Source: an uncultured Chloroflexia bacterium (GTDB taxonomy: Bacteria; Chloroflexota; Limnocylindria; Limnocylindrales; CSP1-4). From it: DNA of 64,000 bases. Under the pieces are notes generated by a model. The model worked only from the letters and a program-made list of their open reading frames with translations. It ran no database searches and was not told the DNA's origin. Shown piece by piece: positions 51,573 through 61,986 of this stretch. Made by a program: the position numbers and the translations under genes. The stretch lies in the NCBI GenBank assembly GCA_963749705.1, contig CAVVNQ010000015.1, positions 224,001 through 288,000 of the forward strand, read 5' to 3'. Position 1 is the first letter of the stretch; each line of letters starts with the position of its first letter.

Positions 51573-52190
51573 GTGCAGGACGCCCGCGCGTCCGAGGCCG
51601 TTGACGATCCGATCCAGCGCCGCGACCTGATCCTGCTCGAGCAGGCACGGGACGGCAGTCTGGACGCGTTCAACAGCCTCGTCGAGTGCTACCAGGACCT
51701 GCTCTTTGCGCTCGTCGCGCGAATGGTTCCCGACCGGGACCAGGCCGGCGACGCGGTCCAGGAGGCGTTCTTCTCGGCGTACCGCAACCTTCGCTCGTTC
51801 CGCGGCGGCAGCGTCCGCTCATGGCTGAGCCGGATCGCGGTGAACGCAGCGATGGACCAGCAGCGGCTCAGGAAGCGACGGCCGTCCCAGCCCTACCCGG
51901 AGCTCGAGGACGACACGTGGCAGCCACCGGCGGGTCCCGAGGCGGACCCGGAGCGGACGGCGATGCGCAGCGAGCGCGCGCGGGTGCTCAAGGCGGCGTT
52001 GGGGGAGATCACGCCCGACCAGCGGCACGCGATCGTGCTGTTCGATGTCGAGGGGTTCGACTACTCGGAGATCGCCGAGATGACCGGCGTGTCGCTGGGC
52101 ACCGTCAAGTCCCGGATCCACCGCGGCCGGCTTGCGCTGCGTGACCGGCTCGAGGGCTCGATCGGCCTGTTCCGCGGGGAGGATGGCTGA
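51573..52190 (+). CDS. ECF-type RNA polymerase sigma factor
   Basis: AGGAGG upstream; DAVQEAF, SWLSRIAVN, YSEIAE..GVSLGTVKSRIHRGR. Confidence 0.93.
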   Translation: MQDARASEAVDDPIQRRDLILLEQARDGSLDAFNSLVECYQDLLFALVARMVPDRDQAGDAVQEAFFSAYRNLRSFRGGSVRSWLSRIAVNAAMDQQRLRKRRPSQPYPELEDDTWQPPAGPEADPERTAMRSERARVLKAALGEITPDQRHAIVLFDVEGFDYSEIAEMTGVSLGTVKSRIHRGRLALRDRLEGSIGLFRGEDG

Positions 52191-53146
52191 TGCCCGGCCA
52201 CCGCGACTCGCACGACCACGCGACCAACGACCTCGGACCTGCCACCGGCTCCACCCCGGGCGGCGCGAGTGGCCTGCCGGCGTCCGCCGCGCGGGAACCA
52301 GCGGCGGACGGGGATCGTCAGGGTATCGAGATGTCCAGCCATGCTGACCCGCACGACCACGCGACCCACGACCCGGAGCTGATCGCCGCCTTTGCCGCGG
52401 GCGATGCCGTCGGAGCGGATCTCGAGACCGCGACCACGCTGGTCGCCGTCTGCGCCGCGTGCGCGTCGCTCCACCACGACCTGCGGGCGATCGCCGCCGC
52501 GCTGCCCGACCTGCCGGTGCCCGTCCGCCGCCGTGACTTCCGGCTGACCGAGGACCAGGCCGGCGCGCTGCGCACGAACCGCTGGCGCCGCCTGGTCGGC
52601 GTGCTCGCCGGTCCGCGGTTCAGCTTCGCTGCCCCGCTGGGCACCGGGCTCGCCACCCTCGGCATCGCCGTCCTGGTCGTGTCGGGCAGCCTCGGCCTCC
52701 CGTTCGCCACCGGTGGCGCCACGAGCGCGGAGCGCGCGGTGTCGGGGCAGCAGTTCGCCGCGCAATCCCCGCTGCCGACCGGCGCGGCCGCGCTCGACGG
52801 CAACGGCGCCGTCGCGAGCCAGCCGATCCCCCCGGCAGCGCCGACAACCGGGCCTGTCGCGGCGGCGACAGCGGCTCCCGCGGCCGCATCGGGAGCTCCC
52901 GCCGCTCCGACGGCGGACTCGGGGACCGATGCCTCCGCCGGCGACGGCACCGACACGACCAACACCGGCGGCGACATCCAGGCCGAGGGCGCACCAACCA
53001 CCGGCGGCAAGTCATCGACCGGGAGCGACTTCGGCGCGCAGCCCGGGTTCGACGGTCGCGACCTGCCGCTCGCCGTCGGCATCACCGCGTTCCTGATCGG
53101 GCTTGCGCTCGTGGTGCTCCGGCAGCTGGTCCGCCGGCTGGCCTGA
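52190..53146 (+). CDS. Probable membrane anti-sigma factor (ZAS-like CxxC)
   Basis: Coupled to the sigma gene; CAAC, RDFRLT, central and C-terminal TM helices. Confidence 0.75.
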   Translation: MPGHRDSHDHATNDLGPATGSTPGGASGLPASAAREPAADGDRQGIEMSSHADPHDHATHDPELIAAFAAGDAVGADLETATTLVAVCAACASLHHDLRAIAAALPDLPVPVRRRDFRLTEDQAGALRTNRWRRLVGVLAGPRFSFAAPLGTGLATLGIAVLVVSGSLGLPFATGGATSAERAVSGQQFAAQSPLPTGAAALDGNGAVASQPIPPAAPTTGPVAAATAAPAAASGAPAAPTADSGTDASAGDGTDTTNTGGDIQAEGAPTTGGKSSTGSDFGAQPGFDGRDLPLAVGITAFLIGLALVVLRQLVRRLA

Positions 53147-53195
53147 GCCGCCTCGGCGCCGGCCGGCCGACATCGCCGCTTTGTGGCAGTGCCTC

Positions 53196-54293
53196 CTACA
53201 CGAACCCCAGCGGCAGCCGCACCGTGAACGTCGATCCGTGGCCGGCGATCCCATCGCTCCGGACGTCGATCGTGCCGCCGTGGGCGATCGCGAGGTTTCG
53301 CGCGATCGTCAGGCCAAGCCCGCTGCCGCCGGAATCGCGGCGGCGATAGAACCGGACGAACACCCGATCGAGGTCCTCGCGCCGGATCCCTTCACCATCG
53401 TCGGTGACGGTCAGCACGGCATCATCGCCCTCGCGCCGCACGTCGACGCCGACGGTGCCCCCGGACGGCGTGTGCCGCAGCGCGTTGGTGACGAGGATCG
53501 CGAGGATCTCGCGGACGCGGACCGGATCCACGGAGGCGTCGACGGGCGCGCCGCCATCCGCGCGGAGATCGACGGCCCCGGCGGACGCCGCTGCGGAATG
53601 CGCCCGGACGACCTCGCCCGCGAGGGCGCGAAGCTCCACCGGCTCGCGGTGGAGCGGGAGCGCGCCGGCCTCCGCCAGCGACAGCGTTCGCAGGTCGTCC
53701 AGCAGGCGATCCATGACCCGCGTCTCGGCGAGGATCGGCGCCAGGTGCTCGGCATCGGCCGGGTGGACGCCGTCGAGCATCGCCTCGACGCCGCCGGCGA
53801 TGACCGTGAGCGGCGTTCGCAGCTCGTGGGTGACGTCGGCGAGCAGCGCCTGGCGATCGGCCCGAGAGCGGTCGAGCCGCTCGGCCATCGTGTTGAACGA
53901 TCCGACCAGCCCGCGCACCGCCTGCGGACCACGGGCACGAACGCGGACATCGGTGTCACCGTCGGCGAGCCTGCCCGTCGCGGCGGCCAGCTCGGCCAGC
54001 GACCGGAACGCGCTGCCGAACGTGCGCGCACCCATGATGAGCGCGAACGCGATCACGACGACGACCGCGACCGCCGTGGTCGATGAGGGCGCGGCACCGG
54101 GCGCGACGATGCCGAGCAGGGCGCCGGCGACCCACGTCGCGAGGGCGGTCAGCAGCCCCACGAACAGGACGACCGCGACCATGAGGCAGCCGATGAGCCG
54201 GGCGGGGTGCCGCGGGCCGCGGCGCCACGGCCCGTGCGAACGATCGCGCCATGGTCGACCCCGCCAGGGCTCATCCCCGTCCGACGGGGTCAC
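53196..54293 (-). CDS. HAMP sensor histidine kinase (BaeS-like, no large extracellular domain)
   Basis: ADVTHELRTPL, NALRH, DDGEG, GSGLGL. Confidence 0.93.
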   Translation of the reverse strand: MTPSDGDEPWRGRPWRDRSHGPWRRGPRHPARLIGCLMVAVVLFVGLLTALATWVAGALLGIVAPGAAPSSTTAVAVVVVIAFALIMGARTFGSAFRSLAELAAATGRLADGDTDVRVRARGPQAVRGLVGSFNTMAERLDRSRADRQALLADVTHELRTPLTVIAGGVEAMLDGVHPADAEHLAPILAETRVMDRLLDDLRTLSLAEAGALPLHREPVELRALAGEVVRAHSAAASAGAVDLRADGGAPVDASVDPVRVREILAILVTNALRHTPSGGTVGVDVRREGDDAVLTVTDDGEGIRREDLDRVFVRFYRRRDSGGSGLGLTIARNLAIAHGGTIDVRSDGIAGHGSTFTVRLPLGFV

Positions 54294-54976
54294 GCGTCGG
54301 GCTCGTTGAGCGCGTACCCGACCCCGTGGACGGTCCTGACATACCGTGACTCGCCGCGCTCGGCCTCGAGCTTGCGGCGAAGGTTCCGGACGTGACCGTC
54401 GATCGCCCGCTCGTACGTCTCGAGGCTGAACCCGTGGACCGCATCGAGCAGCTGCGCCCGCGTCCAGACCCGGCCGGGCTCGCGCGCCAGGGTCGCCAGC
54501 AGCTCGAACTCGGTGGGCGTGAGCGACACCGGCCGGCCGCCGGCCACGACGCGACGCCGCCCCAGGTCGATCTCGAGGTCGCCGCTGACCAGCCGGCCAT
54601 CGGTTGTCGGCCCAACGTCGACGCGCCGGAGCACGGCGCGGATCCGGGCCACCAGCTCTCGCGGGCTGAACGGCTTCACGACGTAGTCATCGGCACCCAG
54701 CTCGAGCCCGGCGACCTTGTCGGTCTCGTCGCCGCGAGCGGTCAGGATCACGATCGGGACGGTCGACTCCCGGCGCAGCGCGCGGATCACGTCCAGCCCG
54801 TCGAGCCGGGGCAGGCCGAGGTCGAGGACCAGCGCATCGGGTCGCCGGGCACGGGTCAGCGCGAGCGCAGAGACGCCGTCCCCGGCGGCGAGGACGGCAA
54901 AGCCCGCATGTTCGAGGTAGTCACGGACGAGGCCGGCGATCTGCGGCTCGTCCTCGACGACGAGGATGGTGCGCAT
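54290..54976 (-). CDS. OmpR-family response regulator (BaeR-like)
   Basis: LVVEDE, LDLGLP, GADDY, KPFSPREL, TVHGVGY. Confidence 0.95.
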   Translation of the reverse strand: MRTILVVEDEPQIAGLVRDYLEHAGFAVLAAGDGVSALALTRARRPDALVLDLGLPRLDGLDVIRALRRESTVPIVILTARGDETDKVAGLELGADDYVVKPFSPRELVARIRAVLRRVDVGPTTDGRLVSGDLEIDLGRRRVVAGGRPVSLTPTEFELLATLAREPGRVWTRAQLLDAVHGFSLETYERAIDGHVRNLRRKLEAERGESRYVRTVHGVGYALNEPDA

Positions 54977-55095
54977 CGGGTGCTCCGGGATGCGGCGACG
55001 CCGGACGCGTCGGCGCCGGGCGCGTCGGCGCCGGGCGAGGATACCCGCCCGGCGCCGCGCTGGACCAGGAGTCGAAGGTCGGTCGGCCGGCCCGG

Positions 55096-55461
55096 TCAGC
55101 CGGCCGGGTTGGCGCCGGTGCCACCCGCAGCGCGGCCTTCGTCCTCCTCGTGGAGGCGGCGGTGCATGTCGGCGACCCAGCGGCGGCGAGGGTCGTCAGG
55201 GTCGGTGGCTGCCATCCGCCCGGTCCACGGCCCGTGGCCGTGACCCCACGCGCCACGGCGCCGGCCGGCGAAGGCGAAGAACAGGAACCCGATGAACAGC
55301 AGGAAGAACAGCGTGCCGAGCCCGGGGAAACCGCCGGTCACGACAACGGTGGCACCCGCCGTCGCGGCATTGGAGGCGAGACCGGCCTGGTAGCCGATGA
55401 GGCCCGCGACGATCGCGACGAAGGTGAGGAACAGGAGGCCGACGAGGCCGGTGCGACGCAT
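55096..55461 (-). CDS. Small membrane protein
   Basis: GGAGAG RBS, two TM segments, His/Trp-containing tail. Confidence 0.7.
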   Translation of the reverse strand: MRRTGLVGLLFLTFVAIVAGLIGYQAGLASNAATAGATVVVTGGFPGLGTLFFLLFIGFLFFAFAGRRRGAWGHGHGPWTGRMAATDPDDPRRRWVADMHRRLHEEDEGRAAGGTGANPAG

Positions 55462-55534
55462 GGTGATGATCTCTCCGTTGAGGCCCGGATCCCCGGGCGG
55501 TGTTGACGTGATGTGGCGAGGATGGCGAGCAGAT

Positions 55535-55572
55535 GTGCGCAGGTCGTGCGCATGCCGTGCGGGTTCGGTGGG
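55535..55572 (-). promoter_or_regulatory. Array of four C(G/C)CAC direct repeats at 11-bp period
   Basis: Plus-strand GTGCG at 55535, 55546, 55557 and GTGGG at 55568; -10-like CATCCT at 55524-55519. Confidence 0.5.
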
Positions 55573-55673
55573 TTTCGAGACCCGGCGGCGCCGGCGCCTG
55601 GCGGTCCGCCGTCTCCCGACCCCGGCGCCCCGGCGGCTACACTGGCCGGGTCCCGCCCCGCACGGACCCGCCG

Positions 55674-58656
55674 ATGGAACGCCTCCTGCTGCTCGACGGC
55701 AACGGCCTCATCTACCGCGGCTACTTCGCCCTCATCGACCAGCCCCTGACGACGTCGAAGGGCGAGCTGGTCACGGCCGTGTTCGGCTTCACCAACATCG
55801 TGCTGCGCGCGATCCAGGACGTGAAGCCGGATCGGATCGCGGTTGCGTTCGACCTCGGCAAGCCGACCTTCCGTCACGAGCGATACGCCGAGTACAAGGC
55901 CAACCGGACGCGGATGCCGGACGACATGCGCGAGCAGATCCCCAAGGTGCGCGAGGTCGTCAGGGCGCTGGGGATCCCCGTCTACGAGCGCGAGGGCTTC
56001 GAGGCGGACGACGCGATCGCGACCCTGGTGGGCCAGGCCGAGGCGCACGACTTCGAGGTCACCATCCTCACCGGCGACCTGGACATGCTCCAGCTGGTCA
56101 GCGAGCGCACCCGGCTCATGGTCTCGCTGCGCGGCGGGATCGCGAACACGGTCGCGTATGACCTGGCGAAGATCGATGACCGGTGGGGCCTGCGTCCGGA
56201 CCAGATGCTCGACTACAAGGCGCTCAAGGGCGACCCCACCGACAACATCCCGGGCATCCCCGGGGTGGGGGAGAAGACCGCCTCAAAGCTGATCGCCACC
56301 TGGGAGTCGCTCGACAACCTGTACCGGCATCTCGACGAGGTGACCCCCGAGAAGCTGCGCCCGCTGCTCGCCGAGCACAGCGAGTCGGTCCTCGAGAGCC
56401 GGGAGCTGATGCGCCTCGTGCGGGACGTGGACGTGACCCTGGATCCCGAGGCCGGGCGGGTGGGGGAGTACGACCGCGAGGCCGTTGTCCGGCTGTTCCG
56501 CGAGTACGAGTTCCGGACGCTGATCGACCGGCTGCCGCCGCTGTCGGGCGAGCGGCCGGAAGACGCGATCCTCGCGCTGCGCGAGGTGCGCGACGCGGGG
56601 TTCCCGGCAGCGCAGGGCGTCGGTCGCAGCGCGGGCACGGGGCCCGGCGGCCCGCGCTCGGGGGCGCGCGACGGTAACGGGGCAGGCGCGACGGCCGGCG
56701 GTGCGCTCCAGCTGTCGATGGACTTCGACATGGTGTCGGGCGGTGCCGGCGCGGCCACGGGGCGGCTGGGCGGGCTGGCCGGGACCCGCGCCGCCGAGGA
56801 GCGCGCGGAGGCGATCGCCCAGGCGTCCGGTGACCTGCCCGGCGCCCTGGCGGCGGCGATCGTCGACCCGGGGCGGATCGAGGTCGTGGGACCGGATGGC
56901 GTCGCGGGTCTCGAGACATGGCTCCGTGGACAGCCGGCGGTCGGCGTCGCGCTCGTGGTCGACGATCCGCGGCCGCTGGCCGGGACGCCGCTGGCGCTCG
57001 CGGTCGCCGGGGACGACGGGCGGGTCGTGGCGGCCGAGGGCCCCGACGCCGCGCTCGCGCTGCGCCACCTGCTGGAAACGGTCGGGGCGCATCTGGTGGG
57101 CCACGAGGTCAAGCCGTTCCTGACTGCGAGGTTCGCCGAGGCGCCGGCGGAAACGCCGCTCGTCGTCGACTTCGACACCCAGATCGCCGCCTACCTCGTC
57201 AATGCGGCGCTGCGTGCCCAGAAGATCGCGGACGTGGTGGCCGAGCGGCTCGACCTGGTCCTGCCGCCGGCCGCGGCGGGCCTGCCCCCGACGGCGATCG
57301 CCGGGCTCGAGGCGCTGTCGGTGCTCGCCGTCCGACCCTCGCTGGCCCAGGCGCTCCGCGACGAGGGCGTCGAGCGCCTGTTCGCCGAGGTCGAGCTGCC
57401 GCTGATCCCGATCCTCGCCCGGATGGAGGCGGTCGGGATCGCGCTCGACGAGGCGGCGCTGGGCGAGCTCGAGCGCGAGTTCGCGACCGAGATCGAGCGG
57501 CTGGAGCGCGAGATCTACGACGCGGTCGGCCACGAGTTCACGATCGGCTCACCCAAGCAGCTGGGCGAGATCCTGTTCGTCGAGCTCCAGCTGCCCAAGG
57601 GCCGCAAGACGAAGACCGGCTATTCCACCGATGCCACCGTGCTCGAGGAGCTGCGCGGCGTCCATCCCGTCATCGAGCCCGTGCTCGACTGGCGGATCTA
57701 CACCAAGCTCCGGTCCACCTACGTCGAGGCGTTGCCGCACCTGATCGGGCCCGACGGGCGGCTCCACACCCTGTTCCACCAGGCCGTCGCGGCGACGGGC
57801 CGGCTGTCGTCATCGGACCCCAACCTCCAGAACATCCCCATCCGCACGCCGCTGGGCCGACGCATCCGCCACGCGTTCGTCGCGGGCTCGCCGGACACGA
57901 CGCTGGTGGCCGCCGACTACAGCCAGATCGAGCTCCGGATCCTCGCCCACGTCTCCGGGGACGAGCACCTCGCGGACGCGTTCGCGCGTGGCGCCGACAT
58001 CCACCGCGAGACGGCCGCGCGCGTGCTGCGCAAGGAGCCGGCCGAGGTCACCAGCCGACGAGCGGTCGATGGCCAAGATGGTCAACTTCGGGCTGGCGTA
58101 CGGGATGAGCGACTTCGGCCTGTCGTCGCGGGCCGGGATCAGCCGCCAGGACGCCCAGGAGTTCATCAACTCCTACTTCGCCGCGTACGGCGGGATCAGC
58201 CGCTACATGCTCCACATCCGCGAGACCGCGCGCGAGGTGGGCTACGTGGCGACGCTGCTCGGCCGGCGCCGGCGGATCCCGGAGCTCGAGGCCCGCAACG
58301 GCGCGCTGCGCGCGGCGGGCGAGCGGATGGCGATCAACATGCCCATCCAGGGCACGGCCGCGGACATCGTCAAGATCGCGATGATCCGGCTCGACCAGGC
58401 GCTCCGCGACGGCGGATTCCATTCCCGGCTGCTGCTGTCGGTCCACGACGAGCTGCTGCTCGAGACGCCCCGCGACGAGGTGGACCGGCTGCTGCCCGTG
58501 CTGCGCGAGACGATGGAAGGGGCGCTGCCGCTGTCGGTCCCGCTCACGGTCGAGGCCAAGGTCGGCGACTCGTGGGAGGGGATGACGCCGGTGTCGCGCC
58601 GGGACGCGGAGCTCTCGGAGGCAGGTGCCGCCCCGGACCTCAGCACCGGTCCCTGA
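55674..58656 (+). CDS. polA: DNA polymerase I, frameshift near 58052
   Basis: LLLLDG, YKANR, FEADD, GIPGVGEKTA, TGRLSSSDPNLQNIP, DYSQIELR, AKMVNFG..YG, VHDEL. Confidence 0.97.
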
Positions 58657-58677
58657 GCTCACCGGGAGGATCGGCGA

Positions 58678-59622
58678 ATGCCCAAGGGACCGCCGCTTCC
58701 GCTCCAGCGAGATGATCCCGCGCGACTGCCACCCCGCCTCGTGCGGGAGCTCGAGGCCGGCGCGGGGCTGTGGTGGGCGAGTGACCACTACACGAGCCCG
58801 GCCACGATCGTGGACCAGGCGCGCGAGGTCGGCGCAACGGCGCTGCGGCTCGATGTCCGGGACCTGTCGCTGCTGGCCGCGCTGCCGGATCTTCGGTACC
58901 TGTGGCTCCGGACCGACGGCATCCCGGATGTCACGCCGATTGCCGGCCTGCGTGCGCTCCGTGGCCTGCTGGTCGAAGCCCGTGGCATGCGAGGCAGCCT
59001 CGACCCCCTCGCGTTCCCGCACCTCCGCTGGCTCAGGATCGGGCTGGGCGGCAAGCTGGGGCCGGACATCACGGCGTCGATCGCGCGCGGGCACCCCGGG
59101 CTCGAGTGGCTGGCGCTGACCGAGACCAGGGCCCGGGTCGTGACCGACCTGTGCCCCGCCTTTCCGTCGCTGCGCGTCCTCCGGATCGGGTACGCGGACC
59201 ACCTGAGGCACCTGGGTCACCTCGACGAGGCGTCACCCAGACTCGAGAAGCTGTCGCTGCACCTGACGCCGATCGAGTCGCTGGACGGGCTGGCCGGCGC
59301 GACGAACCTGTCGGTCCTCGACCTGACCGGCGGTCGCATCACGGACCTCGAGCCCATTCGCGCGCTCCCGGCGCTCCGCTACGTCCAGCTGCTCCAGCCG
59401 CGCCTGCCGTCGATCGAGCCGCTGCGTGGGCACCCGACGATCCGGATGCTGTCGCTGGTGACGGCCCAGGAGCCCGAGGCCGACGTGCTCGCGTCCATGG
59501 CCAGGCTCGTCGGCGTGGTCCATGGCAAGGGGTTCGAGCGCGAGGTCGGGGTGCCCGACCTCCTCCGGCTCGCCAGGGACCACCCGTTGCGCCGGGAATG
59601 GTTCGAGGCGATCGACGCGTAG
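58678..59622 (+). CDS. Leucine-rich-repeat protein
   Basis: Repeats such as LPDLRYLWL, FPHLRWLRI, FPSLRVLRI, LEKLSL, NLSVLDL, LPALRYVQL. Confidence 0.7.
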   Translation: MPKGPPLPLQRDDPARLPPRLVRELEAGAGLWWASDHYTSPATIVDQAREVGATALRLDVRDLSLLAALPDLRYLWLRTDGIPDVTPIAGLRALRGLLVEARGMRGSLDPLAFPHLRWLRIGLGGKLGPDITASIARGHPGLEWLALTETRARVVTDLCPAFPSLRVLRIGYADHLRHLGHLDEASPRLEKLSLHLTPIESLDGLAGATNLSVLDLTGGRITDLEPIRALPALRYVQLLQPRLPSIEPLRGHPTIRMLSLVTAQEPEADVLASMARLVGVVHGKGFEREVGVPDLLRLARDHPLRREWFEAIDA

Positions 59623-59655
59623 ATCCGCCGGCGCGATCCCCGGCCGGCAGCCGGG

Positions 59656-60885
59656 TCAGCCGACCGGGCTCACCGGGGCGCCACGCAGCGTGCCCGTCCT
59701 GAGCAGCGACGGGGCGAGTGCCGCGACCGCCAGCGCGGCCGCCGTCGGGATCAGGAACGCGACCGCCAGCCCGGCTGCGTCTGCCGCGACCCCGACCAGC
59801 GCCGGAGCGATCACGAACCCGACCCGGGCCAGCCAGGACACGATCGCGATCCCATGTGCCGGGGCGACGCCGGGCACCGTCGCGGCCCGGTCGACCATCA
59901 CCGGGAACATGGCGGCGGCACCAAGGCCGACGAGGATGAACCCCAGGTACGCGAGCGGCGGCGCCTCGAACGCCCCGGCCCCCATCACGAGCCCCAGCCC
60001 GGCCGCGGCCACGAGCGCGCCGGCCCGCGCGACCTCGGTGCCGCCCCAGCGGTCGACCCAGCGATCGTTGGTCAGGCGGCCCAGCGTCATTGCCGCCGCG
60101 TACAGGACGTAGGCAACCGCCGCGAGACCGGCCGCGACGCCGAGCGTGTCGTGGACGTACACGGTGCCCCACGTCTGGGCCGCGTCCTCGAGCATCACGC
60201 CCAGGACGCCGAGCAACGCCAGCGGCCCCAGCAGCCGCAGCAGCCGGGGCGCGTTGCGGAGGTGGATGTGCTGGTCGGCCACGCCATCGATCCCGGCCAC
60301 ATGATCGATCCCGCGTTCCGTGAGCAGCCCGCGCGCGGCGATCAGCGTGACCCCCGCGAGCGCGATCCCCGCCAGCGCGAGGTGGGCGGGGACCGGGACC
60401 ATCGCGCCCGCCGCCAGCGCCCCGACGGATCCGCCGACCAGGGTGCCCGCGCTCCACCAGCCATGGAACGAGTGGAGGATCGACCGGCCATACCGCCGCT
60501 GGACGATGATCCCGTGGGCGTTCTGCGCGGCGTCCATCGTCGCGTCGAGCGCGCCCAGCACCAGGAAGCCGGCTGCGAGGACCGGCCACGACGGCGCCAG
60601 CCCCAGCCACGCGAGCAGCGCGCAGAACACGAGCCCGGTCACGACGGTCAGCCGGCCGCTGCCGAATCGCTGGATGAGCAGGCCGGCCAGCCCGCCCGCG
60701 ATGAGCCCGCCCACCGGCATCGCGGCCACCGCGGCGCCCAGCTCCGCGTTGGACAGGCCGAGGTTCGCCTTGATCACGGGGAGCCTCGGCAGGACGTTGG
60801 CGATGAGCGCGCCGTTGACGAGGAACAGGGCACTGACCGCGAGCCGCGCGCGTCGGGCGTCGGGCGCAACGGTCGTGGCGTTCAC
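59656..60885 (-). CDS. MFS transporter
   Basis: About 12 TM segments, DAAQNAHG, SFHGWWSAG, GRL..DR..DRWG. Confidence 0.9.
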   Translation of the reverse strand: MNATTVAPDARRARLAVSALFLVNGALIANVLPRLPVIKANLGLSNAELGAAVAAMPVGGLIAGGLAGLLIQRFGSGRLTVVTGLVFCALLAWLGLAPSWPVLAAGFLVLGALDATMDAAQNAHGIIVQRRYGRSILHSFHGWWSAGTLVGGSVGALAAGAMVPVPAHLALAGIALAGVTLIAARGLLTERGIDHVAGIDGVADQHIHLRNAPRLLRLLGPLALLGVLGVMLEDAAQTWGTVYVHDTLGVAAGLAAVAYVLYAAAMTLGRLTNDRWVDRWGGTEVARAGALVAAAGLGLVMGAGAFEAPPLAYLGFILVGLGAAAMFPVMVDRAATVPGVAPAHGIAIVSWLARVGFVIAPALVGVAADAAGLAVAFLIPTAAALAVAALAPSLLRTGTLRGAPVSPVG

Positions 60886-60923
60886 CGCTCCATCATCGCG
60901 TATCTGTCCTATCGTCACGACCG

Positions 60924-61986
60924 ATGCCTGAGCTTCCCGAGGTCGAGACCGTCGCCCGCGACCTCCGGCGCCACCTGCTGCCCGAGGGCGGCGGGCCGGG
61001 GCCGGTGATCATCGACGCGCGCGTCGGATGGGCGCGCACGCTTCGTGATGCGGACCCCGCGGCGTTCATCGCCGCCGCTTCCGGGCGCCGGATCATGGCC
61101 ATCGGGCGCCGCGGCAAGCAGGTCGTCATCGACCTCGACCATGGGGCATTCCTGACCGTCCATCTCAAGATGACCGGCCAGCTGTTCGTGGTCCCGGCAT
61201 CGCTGGCGCGCGATCCCTACGAGCGGCTGGCCCTGGCGCTCGACGACGGGCGCGAGCTCCGGTTCCGCGACATCCGCAAGTTCGGCCGAGTGGGGCTGTA
61301 TTCAACCGAGGACGACCCGTTCGGCGACGTCGGACCCGAGCCGCTCGAATCCCGCATTCACGCTGCGGGCGTTCCGGGCACGGATCCGGGGTCGTCGCGC
61401 CCGGCTCAAGCCGTTGCTCGTCGACCAGTCGTTCATCGCCGGCGTCGGCAACATCTACGCGGACGAGGCGCTGTGGCGGTCGAAGCTCCATCCGCTCCGG
61501 TCGGCGGCGTCGCTGCGTCCGCGCGACGAGCGGCTGCTGTATCAGAGCATTCGCGACATCCTGGCCGAGGCCGTGGAGCGCCGCGGGAGCTCGATCGACG
61601 ACTACACCGCTCCCGACGGCGACGGCGAGATGCAGGAGCGGCTCGAGGTCTACCAGCGCACGGGCTCCCCGTGCCTCCGCTGCGGCCGCCCGATCCGGCG
61701 GATCGTCATCGGCATCCGCGCGACGCACTTCTGCTCGTGGTGCCAGCGGCTGCCGGCGGCGGAGCGACCTGCCGCCGCGGCGCTGTTGCGGACCATGACG
61801 CCGCGGCCCGGCGGGTCATCGAAGGCCCGCACCGGCCGCCCGGGTCGCCGCTGGGTCGAGCTCGATGGTGACGGCGCCCTGGGGCGAACCGCCGACGAGG
61901 CCGCCGCGGCGCGGGAGCGGGCGCAGCGCACCCGGGCGGCCGCCGCGGCGCGCCGGGCGGTCGCGCGCGAGGGGGCGGGGGCATGA
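60924..61986 (+). CDS. mutM: Formamidopyrimidine-DNA glycosylase (Fpg), frameshift near 61350
   Basis: MPELPEVET, RRGK, HLKMTG, DIRKFG, GVGNIYADE, CLRC...CSWCQ. Confidence 0.95.

Noticed and set aside
55001-55037. 15-bp tandem repeat CCGG(A/G)CGCGTCGGCG as a functional element
   Set aside because: Only about 2.5 GC-rich copies; most likely slippage.
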